Shown: piece by piece, positions 8,877-18,378 of the stretch | Layout of the letters: the number at the start of each line of letters is the position of its first letter | Position numbering within the stretch: position 1 is the stretch's first letter | Assembly: GCA_964599625.1 (NCBI GenBank) | Contig: CAZRGC010000003.1 | Span: forward strand, 3,816-67,815 | Origin: an uncultured Gammaproteobacteria bacterium | GTDB lineage: Bacteria > Patescibacteriota > Microgenomatia > UBA8517 | DNA length: 64,000 bases | Direction: 5' to 3' | Made by a program: the position numbers and the translations under genes | The notes under the pieces: generated by a model | Told to the model about the DNA's origin: nothing | Database searches by the model: none | Seen by the model: only the letters and a program-made list of their open reading frames with translations

Positions 8877-10676
8877 ATGCCTTTCTTTCATAAAACTCAC
8901 ATGTTTTTCAAAAAGTTTTTAGTTTCGTTTATGGCTGCCTGGATACTCGTTTTGTCCGTTGCGCCTTTTTCAATAGCAGCAGCTGCCACAGCCACCCCAG
9001 CCCCAACAGGAACATGGTATAACTCAAGTTTTCAGGATTGGTATTCCAAAGTCTACGACGACAGCAATCAAAGCGAAATTTTTGGCGAAAGATATACAGC
9101 CGCACAAGTACAGTGGGTTGTTTACGGACTTCTATCGTTCCTTGTAAACCAGACCAGCAACCAAAAACTTCTTAGTTGTTTGTTCAAGAATTCAGCAAAC
9201 CTGAACGCATGCGCAAGCTTACTTACCTATTCAGAAAAAGATCTTCAAGAACTCGCAAACAGACCCAAAGTAAAAGAGCCATCACTTGCCAGTCTTGTTT
9301 TTTCCAAAGAAAGGTCTTTTTCCGGAATTAACTATGTAAGGGAAAAGGTAGATAATTTTAGTCTTGTCCCCGAAGCTCATGCCCAAACAGTTGGTTTTGG
9401 CTTTAACGCCCTTAAGCCTGTTCAGGCAATGTGGCAAACTTCAAGAGACTTGGCATTTGGACTTTTTGTTTTGGCTGCGATCGTTTTTGCATTCATGATC
9501 ATGTTTAGAGTAAAAATATCTCCACAGGTGGTAATTTCGGTTCAAACGGCTCTTCCCAAGCTTATAGGTGCGTTGATATTGGTTACCTTCTCCTACGCCA
9601 TTGCAGGGTTTTTGGTTGATTTAATGTATGTAGTTTACGGATTGGTGGCGCTTTTGGGTAAAGGCTTTATTCCCTTTGGTGGCGCTGGTGTTTCTCCCGC
9701 AACAGTTTTTGAATTTATGACAGCAGGAAGAGTTGGTGGAGCAGGTGCAGGAATTGAATTAGGGCTCATGGGGCTTTTGTTTATATATCTTGTACTCCTC
9801 CCCATTTCGTTTGTAATAACACTGTTTTTGACGATTGGTGTTTTGGGAGCAGCTGTAATTGGACTTGTTGGAACAATTTTGGCACCTCTTTTTGCAGGCC
9901 TGGGAACAATAATGGCCTTGGTTGCAATTGTTTTGGTAATCATTTTGATCATAGTAATTATTTGGCAATTGGTAAAAATCATTTTCGGACTCCTTAAGGC
10001 ATACACAAACATTATTCTTTTGACAATTTTCGCGCCTGTGCAAATAGTTGCGGGTGTTTTTATTCCAAGTCTTGGTTTTGGTTCTTGGCTTAGAAGTTAT
10101 GTAACCAACTTGGGAATATTTGTATTAACAAGTGTTCTTATATTTTTCTCTTTTGTATTTTTGGAGCAAGGAGTGGCCCTCGCATGGGAAGGACTTGGTA
10201 GCAACATCGGCGCAGGGATACTTTCGTTTATTTTTGGTCAATCAACAATCGCAAATCTTGGAGGTTTCTTTGTAAACAATTCTGCATGGCCACCCCTTTT
10301 GAGTTCCACGGCCTCCACAGGCGGCGGCACAGGTCTTTTGATGCTTGGTGTTAGCTTTGTACTCTTTACGCTAATTCCTAAAGCCACAGAGGTGTTGCAA
10401 GGCCTTATGAGTGGCAGACCGTTTGCATACGGAACCGCAATCGGTGAGGCTTTTGGGCCGGTTGCACCATTTGCTGAGTATGGGAAGGGTGCTGCAATGA
10501 GAGCTGCCATCAGAAAGGGTGTTCAGATGGACAACGAAGGCAGATTGCCAAGCGGTGGTATGTGGACATATTTGAAAGAGGGTCTAAGAGATGCCGCAGA
10601 GCAACAAAGAATGTCTACTGTAAGAGGAAGAGACACAGACAATACTTCCGTCAGACCTCCAAGCGAGAGAAGATAA
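8877..10676 (+). CDS. VirB6/TrbL-like polytopic membrane protein
   Basis: Signal peptide, soluble domain, then 8 or more TM helices with LPKLIGALILVTFSYAIAGFLVDL and ILLTIFAP motifs; located in a pilin/VirB4 locus. Confidence 0.7.
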   Translation: MPFFHKTHMFFKKFLVSFMAAWILVLSVAPFSIAAAATATPAPTGTWYNSSFQDWYSKVYDDSNQSEIFGERYTAAQVQWVVYGLLSFLVNQTSNQKLLSCLFKNSANLNACASLLTYSEKDLQELANRPKVKEPSLASLVFSKERSFSGINYVREKVDNFSLVPEAHAQTVGFGFNALKPVQAMWQTSRDLAFGLFVLAAIVFAFMIMFRVKISPQVVISVQTALPKLIGALILVTFSYAIAGFLVDLMYVVYGLVALLGKGFIPFGGAGVSPATVFEFMTAGRVGGAGAGIELGLMGLLFIYLVLLPISFVITLFLTIGVLGAAVIGLVGTILAPLFAGLGTIMALVAIVLVIILIIVIIWQLVKIIFGLLKAYTNIILLTIFAPVQIVAGVFIPSLGFGSWLRSYVTNLGIFVLTSVLIFFSFVFLEQGVALAWEGLGSNIGAGILSFIFGQSTIANLGGFFVNNSAWPPLLSSTASTGGGTGLLMLGVSFVLFTLIPKATEVLQGLMSGRPFAYGTAIGEAFGPVAPFAEYGKGAAMRAAIRKGVQMDNEGRLPSGGMWTYLKEGLRDAAEQQRMSTVRGRDTDNTSVRPPSERR

Positions 10677-10743
10677 CACAACCTTTAGTGCCTCTGCTTT
10701 GTTTTTCCAACCAAACCCATATTGTCAGATTAAATTAATGAAG

Positions 10744-13700
10744 TTAAAAATTCTTCTTTACGTTGGTTATCGCCGCTGACACAGATTCCTGCTGATCTGT
10801 ACCATGCTTAATTACAGACCTAACAATTCTTTCACCTTGCATTACTGTGAGCAAGGCAACTTGAGCTGATGTGCCAGGATAATTGTGAACCTTCCTTACT
10901 TTTGTTGGCATGTCCAAAAGAACATTGATCCATTTGGTAACATCTTGCCTTTGGAAACTAGCAAACAACTTGTCAATTTCTGTTTCAGTTGGAGTTTTAC
11001 CCATGAGTCCAGCGCTTTTAATTGCTGCCAACATCTTGTTTTGTGCAAACGAAGATGCACGCAGCACGCCGTCTGACCAATTAAAAATTCTTCCACCAAG
11101 CCTACCTCTTTTACCCAACTCTTTATCAGCTGTTCCGGAAGGCTCGCCCAAGAAGTGTTTTTCGTACTCGGGTTGTGTAGATCTGTTGAATTCGTGTGGT
11201 GTAACAATTGGACCAAGCCATCTTTCCATTTGGTCATGAGAGACTCTAATGTAGCTGTATTTGTATCTGTCCATATTCTCCCAATTTAGCTTTGAATTTC
11301 TCTCTCCACGGAGCCTTCTGTGCCAAACACTCACGCTTCTACCGTCCACAGTTCTGGCTGATGGAGAATCCAAAGTCATACTTCTCCAAAAACCAAGAGG
11401 TAACGAGGTCGGCATGAACATAGGCATTGTCAAATAGTCACTCTTGGGATTTCCGGGTTCTGCCAAGAATGGTGTCATGTAAGACCACATGTTGTTGTAA
11501 ATAAAATCGCGGACTCTTGTGTCAAATTTTCCATAATATTGCTCTTGGATACCATTTTTTCCTTTCATATACACTTTTCTAGCTACCATCTTCTCTAAAG
11601 GATTGTCATCAGACAGGATCCCTCCACGTGCTGTAATTTTTCCATCTAGACCGATGCCCAACCTCCTCAAAAGATCAGGGTCGTTCTTTGCTATTACCTC
11701 AACTTTTGGCCTCCAATAAGGTGGTTGCTCGAGCCATTTGTCCCTATATTCACCTATTGTTGGAAACACCAAAACACCAGAGCCCCTGGTTTCTGCCATT
11801 ATGTCGTAGTCGATCATGTGTCTTGCCAGATAAACAACCGTTGTTACATCATGATTTTCATAGATACTCCCCATCTCCGATCTCCTTTTTACTCCAAGTT
11901 CGGCAGCAGTTTTACCCTCTCCTGTAATCTCTTTCCATTCACCTTCACTTACATTCTTTTTGTAAACTCGCTGCTCAACATACTCATCGCCATTTGAGAG
12001 ATCGACAACTACTTTGAAATTGGGGTTTGAAGCCAACGCCCTCCAAACAACTTCATCTGTTTTCTTTTTGTAAGTTTTTCCGCCACCCAGAATCACATAC
12101 TCTTCACCGGTTCCTGTTTCTGTAAGAATTGGTTTCTTTTTAACCTCTTCGTAATTCCAAGTCCAACCGAGATCTCCACCGGAAAGAACACCTTTTTCAA
12201 TATTTATTGTGCTTTTTATAACTTGTTCAGCAAGTCTTGCATATGGCGATTCTGTGTCGTCTAAGGCTTCCCATTGTTCTGATCTCTGAGCAGCTCTATC
12301 TTTTAGCTCGCCAGCCAAAGCTTTAATTCTTGCAAGTCTTACAGCAGGATTTCCTACAGCCATAATTTCCTCCATTTTTTGCTCATAATATGCAGCATTT
12401 AGAACCAGTTGCTGCATTCTTGATTCAAAAGCTCTTATAGCCAACTCGTCGTTACGGGGCATACAAAACGGATTTAATATTTTCTCTTTTACAGTAATCA
12501 TTGTTCCGTCCGCAGCTTTGTATTGGAATTCACCAACTTCACTCACTGTACCGTCAGCATTAACTGTTTCCATCGCCATGACTTCCTGTAAAAACATAAA
12601 TGTTTCAATGTTTTCTACTACCGCATACCTCTCACCCTCTTCTTTGTCTGCGTCGTTTTCGGTCCAACTACCACCATCGAGAAGATCCAAATTCTTCTGT
12701 CCCACAGCAACGGCTTTATATAGCCATTTTATTGACGCATCTTGTTGTTCAACTGCAACCTCTCGCATACCAAGTCTTTCTACTGGATTACCATTCTCAT
12801 CTCTTGATTGTCTGAGGAGTCTGTCAGGCCTTTTTGAAAGTGTCTTTTTGACAAGTTCGCGCTGTTCATCCGTAAGATCAGCCCCCCTAAGTTTGTCTTT
12901 ATAAAGCCTAATAAAATCTTGAGCCACAAGTTCTGTGTGCGGGCTTCTTATCCACTGAAGCATGAGTTCTCCGTCAAAGTACAGTTCAAAAGCTGGCCCC
13001 ATTCCTTCTACAACCCTGGCGTTGGCATTTGCCCACAACATATCTCTTTTGAGCATCTTAAGAAGTGCTGTGGTTTCAGGATTTTTTGCTCGATCGGTGT
13101 TTCTGAGCTTGTCAGTAACCTGTTCCAAAGCTTGTTCAAAATACTGCATCGCATACCTGGAGTCGTATGGGTATGGGTTTTTGAGATGCTCAAGATATCT
13201 GTTTAATCCTCCCAACTCGTCCATGGTTGTCTGGATGATGTTTTCGTAAGCCTCAGCTGCTCTTTCTCTTGCTCCTTCGAGCCTCTTTTCTCTCTCGTTC
13301 GGTTCCTCAATCAAATAATCTGCAACCTCGGCAGCAAATTTATCCCCACTTTCGACAGCGTCCCAATCATCTCCACCCTTGGAACCCTTGATCATAACCT
13401 TTTCGTTTTTAGCTTTTTTGTCATCAACTGCTTTTCTTAGTTCTTCTTGTTCGGTTTTGAGAGTGTCTCTCGCATCCTGAAGGCTAGGGCTTGCCTCAAC
13501 TTCAACCCAATCAGTACTCTGTTCAATCTTGTTCCTTAAAAGTCTTACTTTAAATATCATTTGATCCAAGTCTCTGGTGTCGTTTTCAATAAGCCCAATC
13601 TGCTCGGCTGCCATAAGGAATTTGGGCATATATGAATATTTTCCTTCCTCGTTCCTCCTCGCCAATCTCATTTCATGCTCCATTCTCTCTTTGTTGGGGT

Positions 13701-13941
13701 CTTTATCATCCTCTTTTCCATGCTGCATTCTTATATCGGGAAGGTTTGCTTTCATCATTGGCTGAGACTCGGCAAAATTCCTGGCTGCATCGACTTGAGA
13801 TTTACCCAAAGCAACAGCATTGCTGTCGATAGACGAAATTTGATTAGCCGCAAAGTCTTTGGCCTGGGTACCCCCCAGATTCATCATTGCCCTAACTGAG
13901 GGTGATATGTTTGGATCGTTTGGAACAGATTCTCTTGTCAT
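10744..13941 (-). CDS. Large hypothetical soluble protein (1065 aa), antisense within the T4SS locus
   Basis: Long ORF, charged and helical, with no TM, signal peptide or recognisable motif. Confidence 0.8.
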   Translation of the reverse strand: MTRESVPNDPNISPSVRAMMNLGGTQAKDFAANQISSIDSNAVALGKSQVDAARNFAESQPMMKANLPDIRMQHGKEDDKDPNKERMEHEMRLARRNEEGKYSYMPKFLMAAEQIGLIENDTRDLDQMIFKVRLLRNKIEQSTDWVEVEASPSLQDARDTLKTEQEELRKAVDDKKAKNEKVMIKGSKGGDDWDAVESGDKFAAEVADYLIEEPNEREKRLEGARERAAEAYENIIQTTMDELGGLNRYLEHLKNPYPYDSRYAMQYFEQALEQVTDKLRNTDRAKNPETTALLKMLKRDMLWANANARVVEGMGPAFELYFDGELMLQWIRSPHTELVAQDFIRLYKDKLRGADLTDEQRELVKKTLSKRPDRLLRQSRDENGNPVERLGMREVAVEQQDASIKWLYKAVAVGQKNLDLLDGGSWTENDADKEEGERYAVVENIETFMFLQEVMAMETVNADGTVSEVGEFQYKAADGTMITVKEKILNPFCMPRNDELAIRAFESRMQQLVLNAAYYEQKMEEIMAVGNPAVRLARIKALAGELKDRAAQRSEQWEALDDTESPYARLAEQVIKSTINIEKGVLSGGDLGWTWNYEEVKKKPILTETGTGEEYVILGGGKTYKKKTDEVVWRALASNPNFKVVVDLSNGDEYVEQRVYKKNVSEGEWKEITGEGKTAAELGVKRRSEMGSIYENHDVTTVVYLARHMIDYDIMAETRGSGVLVFPTIGEYRDKWLEQPPYWRPKVEVIAKNDPDLLRRLGIGLDGKITARGGILSDDNPLEKMVARKVYMKGKNGIQEQYYGKFDTRVRDFIYNNMWSYMTPFLAEPGNPKSDYLTMPMFMPTSLPLGFWRSMTLDSPSARTVDGRSVSVWHRRLRGERNSKLNWENMDRYKYSYIRVSHDQMERWLGPIVTPHEFNRSTQPEYEKHFLGEPSGTADKELGKRGRLGGRIFNWSDGVLRASSFAQNKMLAAIKSAGLMGKTPTETEIDKLFASFQRQDVTKWINVLLDMPTKVRKVHNYPGTSAQVALLTVMQGERIVRSVIKHGTDQQESVSAAITNVKKNF

Positions 13942-14064
13942 CTTTGTGTAGCCTGCAAATTATATAACAATACCACCCCAACTTCAAAGCTGTCGGGTTT
14001 TGACCAAAAACCTATAATGTGAGATAATTGTGTCTGTTCAAATTTTGCACATTAGGAGTCTCAG

Positions 14065-14337
14065 ATGAGAGATTTTTTGAGTAAGTTCAAACCCTGGCAA
14101 TTGGTTGTGTTGGCCATCTTGGCAATACCAGTGCTTGTGGCGGTTCTTATCATACCGGGAGGACTGCTTTTCGCCGGACTTTTGCTTGCCGGGGTGGTTT
14201 CCTTTTTCCGAATGAAGTCGTCAGACGGCAGGTCAAAGGTTTTTTGGACTTTAATTTTTATCCTCAGCATAGTTTTTGGCATAATTTTGTGCTGTGGATC
14301 GGCTTATTACGTTGTCTACGCTTTTTTTGCCCAATAA
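14065..14337 (+). CDS. Small hydrophobic membrane protein (90 aa)
   Basis: Three hydrophobic stretches; AGGAG SD upstream (14054-14058); followed by a terminator. Confidence 0.65.
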   Translation: MRDFLSKFKPWQLVVLAILAIPVLVAVLIIPGGLLFAGLLLAGVVSFFRMKSSDGRSKVFWTLIFILSIVFGIILCCGSAYYVVYAFFAQ

Positions 14338-14358
14338 AACACAAACACTTTTGGTTCC

Positions 14359-14404
14359 GCCCTTGCGGTTACTTTTTTTGTAACACACCGCAAGGGCTTT
14401 TTTT
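14359..14404 (+). terminator. Intrinsic terminator
   Basis: GCCCTTGCGGT...ACCGCAAGGGC inverted repeat followed by T7. Confidence 0.8.
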
Positions 14405-14484
14405 GTGAAAAAGGCTTCATCTTGCACCGTACGCTTCACGCAGTAATCTAATCATAGGTATATTTATTACCTTCTACTGCCAAC

Positions 14485-15618
14485 ATGGAACAACATCCAA
14501 TTCCACAACAAATAAGTTCCTATCAATTCCGTTTGGTGGGAGATATGACCCTCAAACAGTTTTTCCAACTTGCGGGTGGATTTTTGGTGGCACTTATTTT
14601 TTATTCTTCCCCACTTATTGGAATTATCAAATGGCCTTTTGTAATTGTATCCGCACTTCTTGGTGTCGGTCTTGCTTTTTTGCCTTTGGAAGAAAGGCCG
14701 TTGGAAAAATGGATTTTTGCTTTTTTCAAAGCAATATATGCACCAACCGAATTTTACTGGGAAGAAACAAAAACACCTGTTAAATTTTTTATGGATGAGC
14801 CCGCAAGCAGTGTGAATGCAAACACAGCAGCTCCACAAGAAAAAGCCTTGCAAGACTATCTTTCTGTTGCAAATCAAAGAACTGGCTCATCTGCAAAAAT
14901 GGAAATGGCTGAACAGGGATTTTTAGCAACGCTTACCGGAATATTTACAGGAGTGGTTTCGCCTGTAACAACTGGCATACCTCCAGCACCCGCACAGTCA
15001 GCGGCTCCAACCCCGGCAGTCACACCCTTAACCATGCCAAAAGAACCCATTAGCGCACCACAGGCACCCGTTGAACAAAAAGAAATACAAATACCCCAGA
15101 CTGCTCCTATAAAAGTTGTCTCCAATATACCTCATTTGGTAATCGAAGAAAGAAAAGCGGATCCACTAGCACCAGAACCACAAATAACAACACACCAAGT
15201 TGCACCAACTATGGCGGGTGAGGAAATGATTTCCACCAAACAAGCTTTGTTCTCAATCGACGCTGCCCCACCAAGCCCTCCAACAATTCCAAACGTTGTT
15301 GTTGGACAAGTGGTAGATGAAAATAGAAGAATAGTCGAAGGTGCGATTATGGAAATACGAGACTCTGGCGGCAGACCAATACGAGCACTAAGAAGTAACA
15401 AGGCTGGTCATTTTATAACCGTTACTCCACTTGAGATAGGTAAATACGACGTTTTAACAGAAAAAGATGGCTTCGATTTTACAGCAATATCTTTTGAAGC
15501 AACGGGAAACTTGATTCCTCCAATCCTTGTTCAAGGCAAACATAGTACTCAGCAGCCTGCGCAGGTTACCCAGGCTCCACCAATAGTTTCTGCAAACCCT
15601 GTAGCAACGACTAACTAA
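14485..15618 (+). CDS. PrgI family (VirB3-like) protein fused via a Pro-rich linker to a carboxypeptidase-regulatory-like beta domain
   Basis: N-terminal HPIPQQISSYQFRLVGDMTLKQF, two TMs and RPLEKWI; C-terminal VVGQVVDENRRIVEGAIMEI...SNKAGHF...GKYDVLTEKDGF. Confidence 0.8.
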   Translation: MEQHPIPQQISSYQFRLVGDMTLKQFFQLAGGFLVALIFYSSPLIGIIKWPFVIVSALLGVGLAFLPLEERPLEKWIFAFFKAIYAPTEFYWEETKTPVKFFMDEPASSVNANTAAPQEKALQDYLSVANQRTGSSAKMEMAEQGFLATLTGIFTGVVSPVTTGIPPAPAQSAAPTPAVTPLTMPKEPISAPQAPVEQKEIQIPQTAPIKVVSNIPHLVIEERKADPLAPEPQITTHQVAPTMAGEEMISTKQALFSIDAAPPSPPTIPNVVVGQVVDENRRIVEGAIMEIRDSGGRPIRALRSNKAGHFITVTPLEIGKYDVLTEKDGFDFTAISFEATGNLIPPILVQGKHSTQQPAQVTQAPPIVSANPVATTN

Positions 15619-15624
15619 CCAACT

Positions 15625-16332
15625 ATGGCATTAAACCCACCAAACTTATCAAAACTTCCCAAAATTCCATACCTTTCCATTCCGGATAAACCTATTACTG
15701 CAACCAGCCAAGACCATGTACCAATTGCAGACATTACAAATGATATTTTAATTTACAAAGACGGAGGCGCCGCACTTGTGATGGAGTCAACATCTCTCAA
15801 TTTCGGACTTTTAAGCGAAAAGGAGCAACAGGCCGTAATCGCAGCATATGCAGCAATGATTAATTCGCTTTCTTTCTCTGTTCAGATTGTTGTAAGAACA
15901 TCCAGAAAGGACATAAGCTCTTATTTGTCATTTTTGGATGAACAAGCCAAAAAACTTACACACCCCCTCTTGGTGAGGCTTATGGCCAACTACAGAGGTT
16001 TTATTACCGAGTCTGTTAAGAAGAAGAACGTTCTTGGGAAAAGATTTTTTGTGATTTTGTATCTTTCGCCATTAGAACTGGGGGTCGGCAAATCAGTACA
16101 AACACTTACTAAACGTGGCGGGCCACTTCCCTACACAAAATCTTATGTTATTAAAAAAGCTAAGATTACTTTGTATCCCAGGCGGGATCACTTGGTTCGC
16201 CAGGCAGGGCGTCTTGGTATAAAATTCAGGCAACTTACAACACCGGAGCTTGTCAATCTTTTTTATACTATCTACAACCCCGAAAGACCCGCAGTTAAAA
16301 AAGAACCCGAGGTTGTAATGGACAAAAAATAA
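15625..16332 (+). CDS. VirB4 N-terminal-domain-like (TraC/TrsD-like) protein without ATPase motifs
   Basis: SQDHVPIADI...SLNFGLLSEKEQQAVIAAYAAMINSLSFSVQIVVR...KRFFVI resembles the VirB4 NTD; no Walker A. Confidence 0.65.
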   Translation: MALNPPNLSKLPKIPYLSIPDKPITATSQDHVPIADITNDILIYKDGGAALVMESTSLNFGLLSEKEQQAVIAAYAAMINSLSFSVQIVVRTSRKDISSYLSFLDEQAKKLTHPLLVRLMANYRGFITESVKKKNVLGKRFFVILYLSPLELGVGKSVQTLTKRGGPLPYTKSYVIKKAKITLYPRRDHLVRQAGRLGIKFRQLTTPELVNLFYTIYNPERPAVKKEPEVVMDKK

Positions 16333-16336
16333 AAAA

Positions 16337-18376
16337 ATGAATATCAAACTACCATTCATGAAACAGCAGAATCCGGTACCAGCCTCTGCTTTGGGTGTTG
16401 ACCCTATGCAAAACACTCAACCACCAATGGTGCTACAAACACCACCCACAATCGTTCCACCTACTACAAACCCTCCCGTCGCGCCACAAACACCAACAAC
16501 TCCTCCACCTACAAATCCATCGTTACAAAACCCACAAACCTCATTTGCACCGACACCTGTGCAACAAACACCTCCAAACACACAAGTTCAACCAACCCCT
16601 ACTGCCGTAAAGACTGCTAAACAAAAATATACAAACCCGGGTTTGGCTGTAACCCAAGGAGCAAATGTGTTGGATGTTATTGCTCCGCAATTGGTTGAGG
16701 AGGACTTTGATTACATAAAAATAAACGATGTTTATTTTCGAACCATATTTGTTGGTGGCTATCCCAGATTTGTCGCCCCGGGTTGGCTTGAGCCTGTAGT
16801 TAATTTTGATTCAAGCCTTGATATTTCTTTTTATGTTTATCCGGTAGATGGAAAATCTGTTCTGGACGATCTAAGGAGAAAGATCGCAGAAATGGAAGCA
16901 GAAATATCAACAGACATCGAACGCGGAAAAATAGTTGATCCTTCTACCTCAGCCAAATTGGAAGATGCCAGAGCTCTTCAGGAACAACTTGTTAAAGGAA
17001 TAGAACGTTTTTACGAATTTTCTTTTTACATAACAATTCCGGCAAATACTGTCGATGAACTAAACCATGTTACAAAACAAATTGAATCACAGTTGGGATC
17101 GCTTTTGATTGTTTCCAAACACGCTCTTTTAGACCAAGAGTCAGGATTTTTGTCTACCGCACCCTTTGGAATGGACAGATTAAACATCACAAGGAATATG
17201 GATACGACTTCTGTAGCAACAACCTTCCCTCTTACCTCTACAGAACTTTCCAGCGACCGCGGAGTTTTGTACGGTATAAATTCTCAAAACGAGTCCTTCA
17301 TTATTTTTGACAGATTTAGTCTCCAAAACAGTAACATGGTTATCTTTGCAACCTCAGGTGCCGGAAAGTCATTTTTTGTTAAGTTGGAGGCTTTAAGATC
17401 TTTGATGACAGGAACCGAAGCAATAATTCTTGATCCTGAAAACGAATACAAACCACTCGCACAAGCGGTTGGTGGTGAATATATTTCTTTCTCCTATAAC
17501 TCCGATGCCAAAATCAATCCTTTTGATCTGGCCCAGATACGTGAAGAGGGCGAGAACCAGCTTGGGTTGAAAATTTTATCCTTACATTCACTTATGAAAG
17601 TTATCATGGGACAAATATCTCCCACCCAGGACGCACTTTTGGACAGAGCACTTGTTATGACCTACAGAAACAAAGGAATCACCATGGACCCTGATACCCA
17701 AGGAAAAGAACCCCCTCTTATGGAAGATCTATACAAAACCCTTATTGGAATGGAGGTTCCAGATGCACTTGATTTAGCAGCACGTATCGAGAAATTTGTA
17801 AGAGGAAGTTTTGTGGGAATTTTTGATAAACAAACCAACATCAATCTAAACAATCCTTTTACTGTTTTCTCAGTTAAAGACATGCAAGATGCAATACGCC
17901 CGATTGCAATGTTTATCATCCTTGATTACATTTGGACTCGCGTCAAAAAGGACATTAAAAAACGAGTCCTTTTAGTGGATGAGGCTTGGCACATGATGAG
18001 ATATCCCGACACCGCTCAATTCTTGTGGAGCGTTGTCAAAAGAGCACGTAAATATTATCTTGGGCTTACAACAATCACCCAAGACGTAGAGGACTTCTTG
18101 GCACAAGACATAGGCAAGGCAATTGTCACCAACAGCTCCATGCAGGTGCTTCTGAAACAATCACCTGCTGCAATTGATAAAATCGGGGAGGTGTTTTATT
18201 TGAGTCAGGGAGAAAAACAGCTCCTTCTTGCAGCCAATGTCGGAGAGGGAATATTCTTTGCAGGACCACACCATGCCCCAATAAGAGTGGTTGCCTCGGA
18301 AGAAGAAAATAGATTGATAACAACCAAGCCAGAAGAGGTTGCTAAATTTAACCCAGCCGCGTATAACACCAAATAA
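16337..18376 (+). CDS. virB4: VirB4-like T4SS ATPase
   Basis: Walker A ATSGAGKS, ILDPENEY, INPFD, Walker B LLVDEAW, KRARKYYLGLTTITQDVEDF; Pro/Thr-rich N-terminus. Confidence 0.9.
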   Translation: MNIKLPFMKQQNPVPASALGVDPMQNTQPPMVLQTPPTIVPPTTNPPVAPQTPTTPPPTNPSLQNPQTSFAPTPVQQTPPNTQVQPTPTAVKTAKQKYTNPGLAVTQGANVLDVIAPQLVEEDFDYIKINDVYFRTIFVGGYPRFVAPGWLEPVVNFDSSLDISFYVYPVDGKSVLDDLRRKIAEMEAEISTDIERGKIVDPSTSAKLEDARALQEQLVKGIERFYEFSFYITIPANTVDELNHVTKQIESQLGSLLIVSKHALLDQESGFLSTAPFGMDRLNITRNMDTTSVATTFPLTSTELSSDRGVLYGINSQNESFIIFDRFSLQNSNMVIFATSGAGKSFFVKLEALRSLMTGTEAIILDPENEYKPLAQAVGGEYISFSYNSDAKINPFDLAQIREEGENQLGLKILSLHSLMKVIMGQISPTQDALLDRALVMTYRNKGITMDPDTQGKEPPLMEDLYKTLIGMEVPDALDLAARIEKFVRGSFVGIFDKQTNINLNNPFTVFSVKDMQDAIRPIAMFIILDYIWTRVKKDIKKRVLLVDEAWHMMRYPDTAQFLWSVVKRARKYYLGLTTITQDVEDFLAQDIGKAIVTNSSMQVLLKQSPAAIDKIGEVFYLSQGEKQLLLAANVGEGIFFAGPHHAPIRVVASEEENRLITTKPEEVAKFNPAAYNTK

Positions 18377-18378
18377 TT

